Shown piece by piece: positions 1 through 15,568 of a stretch of 64,000 nucleotides of DNA; position 1 is the first letter of the stretch; each line of letters begins with the position of its first letter. The stretch spans positions 14,126,722 through 14,190,721 of the forward strand of contig OZ037766.1 in the NCBI GenBank assembly GCA_964035545.1. Reading direction: 5' to 3'. Both the position numbers and the translations under genes were made by a program. The notes below the pieces were generated by a model, which saw only the letters and a program-made list of their open reading frames with translations, made no database searches and was not told where the DNA came from. This stretch comes from Bugula neritina (lineage: Eukaryota > Animalia > Bryozoa).

Positions 1-700
1 ATTTTGTCATACCATTTTACAGCCATAATGTCTCTCAATTGCCTCAACATGAGAGCGCTTAGCTTCTTCACCTGTGTCCTGTATATTGCCCATAATTCTG
101 CTTTATACAGCAGGCTTGAGAGCACAACCGCTCTGTAGACTTTACACTTTACTCTGATGGATACGTGTCTGTTGTTCCAGAGTCTCTGCTGCAGCTTTCC
201 GTAAGCCGCACTTGTTTTGCCTAGTCTGCTCCGTAGCTCTTTATCTATTTTTGCCGTACAGGAAACAGTGCTTCCTAGATAAGTAAAGTCTGAGGCAATT
301 ACAACTGGTTCTTGATCTATCATTACAACTTCAGGTTTAGGTGGAGGGTGAATGAGTTTGATTGGCTGGTACATGCATTTTGTCTTTTTAATGTTGATTT
401 TTAAGCTAAACTGAGCTGCTGCTTTTGCAAAGTTGTTCACCAGCACTTGCATATCTGCAGCGCAATGTGCCACCAAAGCACTGTCACCAGCTAACAACAT
501 CTCTCTGACTAGGTGTTTGGTAGTACGGGTCTTAGACTTGAACTGAGCCACATCAAAGAGATCAGCCCCATGTCGAGTTTGAATATAAATCCCTTCATTT
601 ACATTTTTAAATGCCACTTCAAGCATAGCGGTCAAGTATAATAAAAATAGTGTGGGCGCAAGAACACACTCCTGCTTGAAACCATTGGTTACTGCAAACT
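1..700 (-). mobile_element. Non-LTR retrotransposon (LINE, RTE-clade-like) reverse transcriptase fragment, 5'-truncated, continuing off the window start
   Basis: The minus strand translates to FAVTNGFKQECVLAPTLFLLYL...REMLLAGDSALVAH...FSLKINIKKTKCMYQ...FTYLGSTVS...IDKELRSRLGKTSAAYGKLQQRLWNNRHVSIRVKCKVYRAVVLSSLLY. These are the typical RT and thumb regions of RTE/BovB-like LINEs. The catalytic (F/Y)ADD motif has decayed to LAGD. Confidence 0.9.
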
Positions 701-1162
701 CATGAAACTGCAGACTCTGAAATTTTGTAAACTTGCTCAATTATAGGCAGTTGGACTAAACTGTTATTGCATAAACTTGTGCAATATAAATTGAAAATGC
801 TACTAGTAAAAGACAAATTTAATTTTGATATGTACATGCAAGGTTTGCTCTTGCTATAGTAAGCTAGTAATAGCTTTGGGTTCATGACAATGATAATTAA
901 TTATTAATCATACCGTAAGTTGGTAGAGAAGTTGTGCATTTCTACATTTTATTTAATTATTAAGGGCGTCATGTGGCATAACTTCTTTAATGATACTTAA
1001 CCATCTTTAAAAATGCTAAATTCAAATAAATATATTAAAGCAAAAATACAATCATAATATAAATAAATAAATTTATGCTAATGAGTGCATTAAATAGCAT
1101 AAATTTGTTCTCTTTGATATTATTTACATAACACATCAATGTCATATGTGTGTAAGCTAATT

Positions 1163-4100
1163 TCAGCTTTGAGCAATTGGTTTCATGATCAAGTTTTGTT
1201 TCTTCACCGCAATAACATTTTGGACGTCAATGGCATGTTGTTTTCTTTCTTCTTGTAGCCAGTATAACATCTCTGTTCTGTCCCATTTCATTTTATCTAA
1301 ATAAGGTCGACCCTAAAACAAAAATTGTGTTATCGCTTCACTTAAGAAACATTTTATATCAATTTGTCTTATCTAAAACTATCACAAAAAACTCTATGCA
1401 ACTAATATTCATACAAATTGCTACTTTTCACGGACTTTTATTATAAATATTATAACTGAGCTGAGATGGGGCTTATGTAAAACTTTCATAGTGACATATT
1501 GTCAAACACTGCATAATAATACTAAGTGTAACATAAGTGTACCTGATAAGTCATGATGTCGTTGTAGGTTTCATTTACATACTTCACTGCTTGTTCCACA
1601 CGTTGATGCATATTGTCTAATTTCTAAAAGTCATACAAATTATACGTCATCATCAACAAGATAAAACAATAACTATTTTATCCTTAACTTCTAGCATTCC
1701 ACATATTTTAATTTCTTTTTATGCCATCATATTATAACAAACAATATATAAAAACATACCATGCAGAGTTGTGTTCTCAACTTTGACTCATTGAGTCGTG
1801 CCACAGAAGATCCTCGGTACCCATTTTCAAAGAATCTGTTAGGGTCCGATGCTAAACGCTCAAACGATTCTAGTTCTGATATCATCTGTTCACGCTGTAT
1901 AATTAAGCTGGTGGCAGCCTCCCATGCACTAATCACCTACACATTTAAAGGGCAAACATGTTAAATACGGCACGATTATTATTCCATGCTGTACTTCATA
2001 GAGAAGAATAAACTTTACCTCTTCTAAGTTGTCCATGTAGCATTCAGAACTGTATTTAATTGCCATGTCCAGTTTCATACCATCAGGAATATGAAGTGAA
2101 TTCCAAACCTTCTCCATTCTGTCTTGGAATGATGGAGCTGTCTTGGTAACAAACTCAGCACCACTGCCCTAATTTTAATAAATTATACTTGCATTCAGCA
2201 AAATTTTGTAGTCAACATGACACAGCATGAATCTCACAGATGACAAGAATACTAAATAATAAACTAGTTAAAACAAAGAAATGAGACAATATTTTGCCAT
2301 AAGCCTTACTAATGCACCACCGGATCCAGCTGAGCTGAAACCAGATGTGAAGCCTCTGCTGGCAGTGCCACCAGTTCTGGAGGTCATAGCACCGTACTGA
2401 GAGGCACCACCTGTCAGGTTGCCACTCTTCACCCTCTTCTTCACCACGTCTCCCAGAATCTTCTTCTTACTTTGGTTAGCAAACATTTCCTTTTGAATGG
2501 CACTTCTAATACGCCCGATCTCATCATCATCTAAATATAAGTCAGCACAGACTCTTACGTTGAATATGCGACAATTTTTTTCAAAATGCAATGTTTGCCG
2601 CGCTTACCTTTTAGAAGCAAAGTAAAACTTTGTTCTATTAAATCATGGCTGTCAGCTTTATTTATTAATATATTTATTAATATTATTAATGAACAAGACT
2701 TTCAAGATACCTTCAACATCTGGATCTTTACCAAGCCCACCGAGGAACACTGTCTGAGCATTCCACATGCCAGGCGTGTATTCTTGCTTCTTCCATCTCA
2801 TCTCATTCAACTTTTTTATTTTTTGTTCTTCTAGCTCTTTGTTTAGCGAATCCATTTTTGTGGTTTGTAACTCCTCGTCTCCATCATCTTCAGCATCCGA
2901 GTCATAGAAATGGTTGATAACTCCTAAATAATCTGTTTCCTGCAAAATACTCACGATTGTTGAATCAGGTCAAGCTTACTACAGAAGATTTATAACACTT
3001 GTAATTAATAAACTAATAAAAATGCTAGTTTAGACCAAATGCAGAAATGTAGTTATATATGTTTGCCTTAGTTGAGATCTGCAAATTTGTCCTGACAAAG
3101 TTTCCAACTAGTCGGCTAGATATTTTTATGCTAATATACATGTATGCCGTACTAGAAAGTTGCTAAATATTTTAGATAAAGTTTGTTGATAACTTATTTT
3201 AGTTCTTGTAATGAAAATTTGAAAAACTGTATGGAAAATTAAATAATTTCGTCTCCTGACTTGTGCTTTATTTTCATCTATTGAATTGATTTATTCGTCT
3301 AAAATATATTGTAAGTTCTAAACTTAATTAATGTTTGAAATGGAGCTGTAAACAATCACTCATAAGAATTTTATATAGGAAGGAGCCCGTTAATAACCAA
3401 CAATAACTAATTAATCAAATATGCATGCGGGCATATTTATGGACTATGTTATGTCTTTCTTGCTAAAGCAACACACAGGTATGCATATGTAAACCTAAAC
3501 CTATCTGATTAGATGAAACTAAAACTAAACTAGAACCTAGAAACATAACAAGAAACTAATGGGAAGGATTGCTACCTGCGTTGACAGGTACTTCATGTAA
3601 TCCTCACTGTCTATTGTTCCCTTCCACCAAGTAAGCCAAGAGGCATAAGATCTAGCCATTCTCTCAGCTACCATTGTAGGTAGGTCTGACAAGTGCATGC
3701 CCCCTATCTTACCACTTTGTGGATCTGCTGCAAAGGCTATGTTTTCAGAAGAAGGAACCTATGGCAGAAATAAACATTTTAAATTGGTTTATTTTCAAAC
3801 CTTATTTGAAAGAATATAAAAAAAACTATTTTCAATAAATTATACTGTCAACTCAAAAATTGTAGTCTATAAATACAAAAACCTTGAAATACAGATTTAG
3901 CAAGTACAATGAAAGTTTGTTTTATGATTTTACTTTTTTCTCCATGTCATTGAAATAAAGATCTTTTACTATCTAGCATCACTTGTGTTAGTAAAATAGT
4001 GAATATATCTACTTATTTCACTTTGAATAAAAACACATGCGTCAAAAGACTACTTCTACACTGTAGTACGACAACGATATCTCTTGAACACATAATGTGA

Positions 4101-7100
4101 GGTAGAATGATACTTAAATGTCACCTTTTTTGAGGGACCTCTTAACATTATTTTTGTAACCAACATAGTGTTTCTATAGTATATAATAGATATTCATTTG
4201 GCTAGACTAGATAACCCTCTTATAACTACCTCGTGATACAGAAAATACCAGCAAGCAGCAGATTTATAACTTTCAAAAATATATGGAATATAACAAACAG
4301 TTAATTATTTAGCCTATATGTTAAAACAGCTAGTTAACTACCTGATGTAGGTTATATAATCAGCAAGAAACCTACCAGAGGATCGAAGTGAGCAGCACCC
4401 TTGCTGTCTTTGGGAGGGATGTCAGGCCTAAATGCAAATTACAACAACATATATGATTTTATAATTAAAATTGAAAAACTAATTGATAAAACATGAAGTA
4501 TCTCATGAACCTTCATTTCGTAAAATTGATACCGCATTAACAGTCTGATTTTTAGAAAAAATGCCAATAGATGCAAGAAAGAAATTAGAAATGAAAAGGT
4601 TTTTAGAGCTAGCTGACATTGATTTATAAACTTAAAAGATATTGTGAATTATGGTTATTTTAATATAAAAGATGAAAAGTTAGACAAATGGCAAGAAGAG
4701 AATTTAAATCTTGGAAGAAAGAACAGAAAACACTGCATATTTTAGAAGTTTATTATAATTGCTAGCTTTTCCTATCTACAACTGACTGTAAACTAAATGC
4801 TCTACAATATAAGAAGAAATAGAAAGATGCTGTAATTCTTTGTACAAAATAACTTAAAAGATCAGAAAAAGAAAATTGATCTCAAAGTTGAAAAACTTGG
4901 CAGTAGAGTGTTGCTAGTTTAAACAAACCATACCTTCTATTATTTGGAGACCTTGAAAAAATAATGTGAATTGACAGAAAGATTTGATTTACTAACTGAT
5001 ACATTTCATTACTAATAGAAACTGCAAATCTAAGTTTAACAAAATTCAAATATATATTCTTCAGCAACTAAATTTTGCAGTTTTGCAATTATAACATTTT
5101 CACTACATAATTGTAAAACTAATTCTAAAGACAACAAGTAAAATAATAAGAACAATAACAAATGCAAATGATATTTTTCCATTATTTTAACGCCATCACA
5201 TACAATGTTTAACAATATCTATATTCGAGGGGTACTGAGGGGTTCTAATGAAAAAGAAACTTTCAAAAACCAATTTTGCTTTTTCAACCAACATCTAACT
5301 ACGTGTGGAGGCAGGTACCATCAGGTGATTATCAACTGACTTCATTTGAATTTACGGAACATATTGATCAATTCTATAAATTCTTATCATAAATATTAAC
5401 ACGAAGGGGTGCAAATTTCATGCTACAGTGTACATGCAGTTTATAACTTCAAAATCACCTTCGTGGGTCATAGCAGTTAAGCCCTTTTAGATAGAGTGGT
5501 TCGCTGCATAGTGTAGAATTAGACGTATGAGTAAAACAGTGCTACTAGCTGGTGGGTAATGTTTAGACTTATTTCTTTATTATATAATTTTCACAATGCA
5601 CATTGCAATAACTTTATAGGCTTATCCAGCAAAAATCAAAACTGTTCACATAGTTTTGCACTATAGTTTGAAATGCTATTTAGAATCTGTAGCACATTGT
5701 ATGCTTTTATATCACAAGGAATTTATTTAGCACTTATAAATATACATTCTATATCTGCCTATAGTAAATAGAGGTCTGACTCAACTATAGGTTGTTCATA
5801 TTCACAGCCCAACAAAAATATATTATAATGTAATATTAGGTGCCTGTAGTTGGTATATTTGCATGGTTGTAAATATATAATGAACAACTATTTGGGATTA
5901 AAGCTAACTTATATAGGCAATACTACTCCAAGTAACTTTATGCTAAGAGATACCCCAAGTTTAAAGCTTATCTGTACATTTGAACTGCCTTAAACTATTG
6001 CCAACTTAACAGTTTAAAGTATAAAAGACATAATATTTTATAATCACAACAGGGAGAGTAAAGAGAAAAGTTGAACAAGCTAACAAAACAATGAATTTAA
6101 AACCCCCAATAATTAACTTGTTAGTTGAACAGAATCAAAACTAATATTTCAGCATGATATAAAAGTTACCCAAAGTTGAAACATTCATGTCCCAAATGTT
6201 CAGCGCATAGTTGATAATAAGCTAATTTGGGATTACACGATATTGGTTTTGTCATCTTGTGAGATTTTCTGAAGTAACAGAAAATGTTAAAGCAGCCAGG
6301 AAACCTTCATTTTGGATCAAGCATATTGTTTAATATAGAGCAGTAACCTTCTCCAAGCTGGAATGTATGGCTAACTATGCAACAATCTTTCTTTAATCTT
6401 CATTCAAATAATTTATATTTATAGCTAAAGCCATAATTATGAGAAATATTAAACCTACGTTTTGGACCAATCTTCTTTCTCTTCCTTACTTCCCCAGGGA
6501 GCCTCTGTTCTAACTTTTAGCTCGGGATTTATCATTCGATCACAGACTCGCCGCATTGTCAAACTGGAAGATGCCATTAGCCCTGACAAATCTATGTTTT
6601 CTGGAGCTTTTTCTATCAAATCGTCCTGCAAATGGTTATGATATCATTCAATTCTGATTAGCCAATTCAAAACATCGATTTAGGGTAAACAACTTCTATT
6701 AGCAGAATTGATGTTTTAGATTTTTACCAATAGCTGAAAGTTTTCTGTTTATTAGAATACCTTGCTTCGATTTATGTACTATAGATATAGTATATTGGTC
6801 CATAACATGCTGAATATTGTGGTAAAAATAGGAAAGGACAACAGCGCATGAAGACTGTATAACCATTCACCCGTGGCAACATACAGTAATTCCCTTATAC
6901 CAATACAACTGAAGTTATTGAGGTTATAAGGTCATAGGGTAAGGTACCTGTGTTTAAAACAATACGCCTAATGTGCTTACTCACTTTATTTTCCTAAATT
7001 TCAACAGAAATACTACAGCTGGCATAACAAATATGAAATTATGCTACCAAAGCTTATGATTTACCATGCTTATTGTATTCTATTGGTCACACTTCTCTAA

Positions 7101-10100
7101 TCACAGCTCTGTTATTTATCATATATTATTGCTGATGATAATTCATTACGAGTAAAAGTGAAGGCATTAAACAAAATTAAGAGCAAATGAAGTGTCTTTA
7201 AAATTATAGAGGTGCGAAATATTGGTGAAAATATAGTTTAAGAAGCAGAAAGCCAGGAGTATGGAAAGCAATAAAATTAAGTATATGTACCAGAAATGAG
7301 AAAGACACCTTACAAAAACAAATTCAATCTAAACATGTAAGCATGCAGATATTCACAGAATACTGGGAACTAAGGCTAACTTGGTGAATGGGTGACACTA
7401 TGCAAAGCATACAAACCTCTCGAACATGTTTGCTTATCTCTGTCTAAATATATGTTGAATACATTGTGTACTGTATATAGTGTGTACTGTATATAGTGTG
7501 TACTATATATAGTGTGTACTATATATAGTGTGTACTGTATATACTGTGTACTGTACAAACTATGTACTGTATATATTTTGCTTTGTATATATTATGTACT
7601 GTATATATTTTGCTTTGTATATATTATGTACTGTATATACTATGTATACTGTACATATCAAAATTTACAAGCTGAATTAAGTTATTAGGTTCTGAGCCAC
7701 TTTCCTACCCACAAACACTGATTCATGTAAAACCAGCCAATAAAAATAGACTTTTCAATTACATACTTTGTCAATAATTTCAACTGTTGAAATCTATAAC
7801 ATTAAAAAAATAGATACTATATTGATATATGTTTTTAGAGGTACTTTCTAATATATAATTACAACTTTATTCACAAATAATCGGCACATATAGGTCACCA
7901 TACCTGTTCACAGTTGAGGTGATCTCGTGGCACAGTTTTCATTATTTCAGTATAAACTTCCTTGATTTCATCTCCCAGAAACAGGTTAGCATCTAAATTC
8001 TTCACACTGGTGCTGTCAATCTACACATTAAATGATTACTAGATAGCACACAATATATAGTCTTCATTCAGATTGGGTACAACAACTTCAAATAGAATTA
8101 TGTCCAATCGTCAGTTTATGCTAAATTTATAAGACATATTGGGTATGATCCAAAGCTGTGCATAGTTGAAACAACATGACACAGTTATGAACGAAAATTT
8201 ACACCACAAGTAGAAAAAGGTGTCTACTGTACATGAACGTTGTGAAAGCGAAAAACTACTAGCTAATAATATTTGCGTTAAATTTTATTGCTTGCCTTGT
8301 TTCTATGGCTATATGTGCGGGATAAACAAAATTTTCCTTTTTGAATCTCACTCCCTTTCAATAAAATGCAATTTAGTTGAGTGTAGCACTATATTAAGAA
8401 AAATGGGCTCGCTAAATAACTACCAACCAATTATGTAACGACGAAAGAAAATATTTGCACTGTCATTCAGCATTCTCAACGCCTGAAATTTGTGTACAGT
8501 GGGCACCTTTTTCTACTTGCGGTGCAAATTTTCTTCTGCGTGTGGACCTAGGCTTAAGGAAATATAAATAATGATAAAAATAGCTATATATATTAACATA
8601 GAACTTTCCAAATATTGGAAACTGAAAACAAGCTAGACTACTAAGTAGAGATAACCAGTTTCTGATGTCTGCTTAGTTTCTACTTAGTTGCCATATTACA
8701 TGTATAGCCTATACTATATTGCTATTCACTGCAGTTTACAATACACACTATTTTACCCAACTTTGTGTATTACTAGAGAATGCTTACTTACCTCATCTAG
8801 AAGATCGTTATAGACAGTCGCATGTTTCCTAATAGTAACATTCTCCATGCATACTCTCTCAGAAACCCGAATGTCTGATGTTCGAACTATCGTCTGTGCC
8901 AAGAAAAGAAATAAATATAGAAAGAATAGAATTGGAATCAATTTTTCGATTTTGCAGTCATCTGTCAAACAGTTACATACGCATGAAGTGTAGCTAAGCA
9001 ATTATAAAACAGAATAAAATATAATAATAACATAAATTTGCAGTTTCTAAAAAATTATGTGAAACTTTACAAAAAGAAAAATAGACATCTTACCTGGTTA
9101 GCAATCTTCTGCGCTACTGTGGCTGGCTGTGGGTACTGAGGTTGTTTGAGAGGCTCACTAAATCATAAAACACGTATGCATAATTTATTGAAACTTTAAA
9201 TTTAAAAACATACTTTTATACCAAGTGTTATGTAAGCTCTTATTGTTCTAATCAGCTTTTATTTGTTGAGCATTAGGAAAGTAAAACACATGCAAAGGAA
9301 ATTTTGAGTGCTGCAAAATTTAACAACTTAAACTTTATTCTTACCTTCTTTCTTCTAATTCTTGCCTTTCCTTCTCATCCAACTCTGCTATCTTCTGCTT
9401 ATATTCCTCTTCCTTACCATCATGCTTAGCATGGCGGATTATTGCCTAATATCAAAGGAAATATATCATTTATTACGAACATAAAGATTTAATAAATTTC
9501 TCTTAACATGCAATTGGCCAACGTTGATAGTTTGTCTAAAGCTTAAGAAAGAGTGTTAAGATAAACTACACTCAGTTCAGGTGATGGTAGAGTTTGCTCA
9601 AACTGAATATACAAGCTGACCTGCAGCAGAGGAGGGAGGTCATCGTCATCATCAGCCACTGTTGGTTCTTTCTTGGTATTTGTCAGGTTTTGTAAATCTT
9701 TATTTATCAAATCTCGTGATAAGGATACATCTTTATATTTCACTTCCTTTGATTTCTACAAAATATTTTTTAAAATTATGATAGCTTAATAAACCAACTA
9801 CAAAAACATTTAGTAAGAGCAAGGCTTTTATCAATCTGGCTTTATCAAATTGATTTGTTATCTAATGGCTCTAATATGATCTCTTGAGGACAAAATTTCT
9901 TGCCTTGTGTTCATCTCCATCAAACAACACTTCAAAACTAGAGTGGTGCTTCTTAGGTTTGGTCTTTTGTATTGATTGGAACTCTCCAGTCTTTTGAGCT
10001 ACAAAGGTGGGCTTGTTATCCAGTCCCAGTTCTTGTAGAATATTCTCTCCAAGTTGCAGCTGTGGAGTTGAATGACTTCTCTAAAAACAATCAGAAGAAC

Positions 10101-13100
10101 AAGCAATAAGCAAGTAAGTTGTGAGTTGTAGGCAAAAAGAACAACAAAAAAAGAAAAAAATATTTATAGAAAAATAAAGAAAAAGAACAAAAAAATAAAA
10201 TAAGAACATGCTAGAACATCGTAAACTGTGACTCAAAAGTAATTAAAACATTTCAATACAAGACACTTACAGGAACTATGCCAGAAGGGTATTTCTCTTT
10301 GTATATCTGGTTGTAATTCATATCAAAAAATATTACACAATATAATGACTATCGAACTTCATATGTGAAGAATATCTGTATTGTTCATATATTTTATATA
10401 CTGTACGTAGCTATTTCAAAAAACAATTAATTATATTATTACATAACTGTACACTACGTATATGCACATGCATGGACTAAATAAATACTAAGCCATCTAT
10501 TGCTACAAACTTAGTAAAAATATTTCTATATACCATCTATATTCTACAGCATCTATAACTAACCTTAAGAATCAAAGACTCTGTTTGGGCATGTATTTTT
10601 TGTTCGATGGGAGTTTTCCCCTCTTTCTTCTGGGGAGCCGTTAGCCTAGCTTCAGTTAGTTCTATACGACAAAATGTTACACAATACTAAACACACCTTT
10701 CACAAATAACATAAAAGCACATAAAATAGATTAACTTACATTGAAACCTACATATTTATAGCATAAAATACATGCATTGCACATTAATAATCATTATATA
10801 AAATAAACTGTTTTGAAAAATAAAAAATCTACAAATTTCAGTAACAATTAAATATAAAAAAGTGATATAACCAAATAGTTCAATATAAATTATAATTTCA
10901 CTCAAGACTGTGCAAACATTCAGAAAATAATTTGCTGACCTGTGTTTATATTGTAGCTCGGGTAACCTTCAAGCAGCTCTTTGGGCATCTCAGCCAGAAC
11001 GGACAACAGCTTAGAGGTCTCTAGCTCAGGCATACTGTCTTTAATCTAGTGTTAATAATAAATTAGTAGACAAAACCAGCAAATAGCTTAGTTATGCTCT
11101 AACCACAGATATTTTCTGATAGTCCGACTGCATAGGATGCAAACATAATGCTTTTATTTTACAAATCTTACAAGACGCTTTACTGTTTGGTATATATAAA
11201 ATTAAATGTGACCAAACAGAAATTGTTTTCTAAAAATTAAAAATTGTGTAAAACAGCTGGCGTATTACAAGTTATAAAAATAAATTTTTTAGGTTGAAGA
11301 ATTAATTACCGATTGAACAACAAAGAACCGGAGTATATTGTCAGTTTTCAAGTAATCCACGCATTCGGAATAAAATTGGTTAAATTTTGGTTTTGCCCCA
11401 TCATGTGTAATGCACTTCCATAGAACAATAGGCTGATAGTGCAGCGCAGTGGAATTGTATCCCCCACACCAGGGAGACCATGTGGGTCTCAAAGAAGTTT
11501 GGTCTGGTAAATCCATTACCAAAGTTGTATTTGAATAAGCAATGACTGTTTAAATATAAATATACATTCCTAGTATTTCGAAATTGCAAAAATACAAATG
11601 TTTTGTTTGTTTCAAATCAACAATCTTTATGATATTTCACAATGTAAGACGCAAGGAAAGTAATACCAAATTACCAGCTTGACAAACGGTAAGAATCTTT
11701 CCCTGCATGAAAAAATTCTTTACTTTTTCAGTCTTTCATTTTATGACTTTTAGAATAAGTCTGACTAACAAAACATACACCAGCACTAATTACAAGGAAA
11801 CAGCCTCACAGAACAAATACCTGGTATATGTTTTGTAATCACTGATGTTAGTAAATTTACAAAAGGGAATAAATCCATAGAGAACTTATTGGCTCCTTAA
11901 AGTTAAATAGAAACTTGGTTAAAAGATATATGAAGATGTTGATATGCACTACAGAAAAAAAGTACTGGCAGCCATTCACTATAGAATGTTCAACTTTTAA
12001 AAACAGCTTCTGCTATTGATTTATATATAGAACTTTCATTATATAACATAATTATTGTAAAAAACAGTTGCAATATGCTTACGTCTTGTATATCTTCTTT
12101 AGCTGTCTTCCAGCGTCTATGTTCTTGTTCCATTTTAGGTCGACTTTTCTTCAGCTGAAATGTAGATACTATATAGTCTTGCTTAATAAAAAAAAGCAAA
12201 GGAAGAGAAATGTGCAGCAATGAAAAGATTGAGAAAGCCTATATTTCACATTATAAATATAACAAAAGAAGCTATGTTCTCACAAAATTTCAACCCACGC
12301 CCCAAACCAAAACTTATCAGGAAAATTAAAGAGCTTCTCAACTACTGCACTTAACACAAAATACAAAAGAATTACTCTAACATTTTAGAAAAAGAAACTC
12401 CCTATGCGTTATTCTAATTTAAACATAAAAAACTCGTAGAGTTTAGTTTAAGAACCAGTGTGGCGAGTTGAAAAAAGTATCTTATAAAAGGTCAACATGT
12501 TCATACCATTCCTTTAAAAGAGAGCTGAGGTACTGAGGATTGCCCGGCAGTGGTCTTCTTTGTGACCGAATCATCCTCTACAGATTCCAGTTCCTTTAGA
12601 TCTCCTTTCATGTCAGCTACTATGTATCTTCTTATGGTCAGTACATTAAAACTGTACAAACCAAGTTTAAATAAAGTATTCACAATAGTTTCAACCAATG
12701 GTTGAGTTTAAAGAATGACTGAATTCTCCAATTAACACAAGACACATAAGAGCACAGAGTATCGATAATACTAACACTCTGTGTGTATAAGTTACATAAT
12801 TTTATAGCTATTGGCAACCAATAGAACCAAACAACACCCATAAAATGAGCATATGTTATATTATGTACACCTATTTCTAAGAGTATAGCAGTATTGTACT
12901 ATTTAAAACTAATCTATTCAGTTTTTGCTTCTAGTTACTTCTCAGTATAAAATGCATGTACCACCCGAGTCCTCAATCTAAAACTGCTGCAAATGCTATA
13001 TTGATCTCCACTGCATCCTCAAGCGCAAAATCTTTACGCTTTGATATTCTCATGTCAAGGGAATTAATCACAAAACATATTGAAAATATAATAGAATGTC

Positions 13101-15493
13101 TATTATTGCTTTAGAGTATGTTGATAAAAAAGTAATTTGTGAGCTTTATTGTTTGAAAATTTCACCTGTTTTTGAGGAGGTGAGACCAGAAAAATATGTC
13201 GTGCATCAATTTATAATCCAAATTTTAATGCTTTAATGTTGACTTATTAACAACAAAGTATTAATATTCTATTTAATAAATTTTTGGTTTAATTCTGTAT
13301 ATTGAGTCAGTATGGCGTAAGGACTGATTTCCTAATGCCCATATACAGCTACACAGCATATAACTTATTTCATAACCAATAAACTGCAGTGAGGATAAAA
13401 CTAAAATAATTCAAAATGTGTCATAGCAGTTTCAATTATTCAAAGATACAACAGTGTTTGAAGTATTGTTTTCAAAACATATAAATTCTAAATTTTGGGT
13501 TATTCCAGATTTAAAATATTGGATGACCTTCAAATAACAAATCATGAAAACATAGTACATTACTACATTAATACTTATCTTTATAACTTACTATTTACTA
13601 GCTTCAATGCCTAGTTGAGCTTTTAATCTGCTCATATTAGCTGGACCACTGAACACACCTCGTTTCATCAAAACTATAAACAACAAAGTTCAATAATAAG
13701 TTTGCAAAAATATAACCAATCACAAAAATTATTATGCATGAAAATTCATTATTATTTAAAGTTTCAAAGCTAAAATTTTATAACACTCAGTAAATCATGA
13801 TATAAAACATTTAAATAAGTTGTACATGTTTCAACTCACTAGCCGCTTTTCTAATGTAATGTTGATAGAGTTGTTCACACACAGTGACAATGTGCACAGC
13901 TATTCTTCGATTCAATTCAACATTTTCCTGTTGCGTCTACAACATATTAGATAAGTTTGTTATTACGTATTCTACTCATTTTCACAGGTTGACAAGCAAT
14001 TATTGTTCTATCTGAGCTCTATTTTCAAATTATAAAATAAAGAAGTATTGCATGTTTTTGAAAAGAATTATCTATTTATATATTTACTTTATTTATACTT
14101 TATAAGTTTTTTTTATATAAATGCTTATTCCTATTATTCCTATTTAGCATGACTAATGCAACAGATACAGGTCCTAGCCTCTTAGCGCATTCCAACTTAC
14201 CAAAAATGGATCATCTATTTGACGTTTAATCTCAGGCCAAATGTGATAGACTTCTGCCACAAGAATCTCAGACTACAACACAAGTAGTACCAAATATTAA
14301 TAGCAAACGTAAATACCTCTGAAAATTGAAAACTTTCTAATATAATATATTTTAAGAACAAGAAAGGCCATTGGTAAAAATATGTAATCATAAAGCTATG
14401 CATCAAAAAGTATAATTTGTATTGAAATATCAGAATAAAAACCCTAAATGGTTCTGCATTTAATAGACTTACTAAATCAGTTTGATCTTCAAGAGATAAA
14501 TAATCTACTTTCTTGTCTGGAGCCACTCTTCTTCTCACATATTTACTCATTTGCTCCCACTCATAAGGCTGTCTTTTAATTTCACGCTAGAATATCATAT
14601 CGTTATTAGTCCATGAATCAATTCAACTCATCTTCTACACAATTTGCACCGGATACAATTTACCAAACAAATGAAAACTTGTATGTCAATAAAAGCTGAT
14701 ATTATAAAGCATGCACTTAATCACAAGTTACTGAAAATTTTGCAACATTCATCTAATTAAATGAATACAGTACAAAATTATTTTACATCTATTGGCGTGA
14801 CAGGCCTCTCCATAATGATTTCTGTCCCAGGACCTGGTACTTGTTCAGATGCATGTGGAGCTAGTATGGTCAAATCAGCTTCTATTCCTTTTTTCTTAGA
14901 TCGTAAGTCTTTCTGTGTAATTTTGAAAGAAACAAATAGTTTAGTTACCGAAATTTCTGCTGTAAAAGTGATTTCAATTTTTACAATAATAGCGTAGCTC
15001 TAATAAGTGTAAAACTTAAACTCTTACTTACATACTCACAAACTTATTTAATTTTATTTAGTTATTATACCTTTAGTTTAGTGCAATTATATGGGTAAAA
15101 AGTTTACATTATCTAACATAAGCCTATAATAACCCAATAAACTGTTAATTGTGAAATCAGAAACTGTTCTGTTACATACATAATGTGTGCTACTTGTGTA
15201 ATATATATTGTTGTGCGGCGCACAATAGTTGCGTGGGTTTTCTAGTGAGTCTAGTTAGTGTGTCAAGTCGACAATAATTCACTGGTAGCCTTTATATGAG
15301 TCTTTATTGTATTAAATATAATCCAAGAAAAATATATCATGTATCACCGTACTACTACTGTATCACATCACTGCTAGTAACAATATGAATTAGCCTGTTT
15401 GCGACCCGCGTGGCTTAACACAGCCGGAAATACTAACAAGAATGTCTGATTGGTAGAGGGCACGTGGGACGTATTTTCCAAGCCCCATTACAA

Positions 15494-15568
<75 letters not shown>

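Noticed and set aside
7465-7655. Regularly repeated units, considered as a CRISPR-like array
   Set aside because: No unique spacers; this is a simple eukaryotic intronic minisatellite.
11250-11700. Possible Helitron/DINE-1-like fragment, with a similar CTGGCGTATT motif also at ~58455
   Set aside because: The similarity is too short and the termini cannot be defined by eye.
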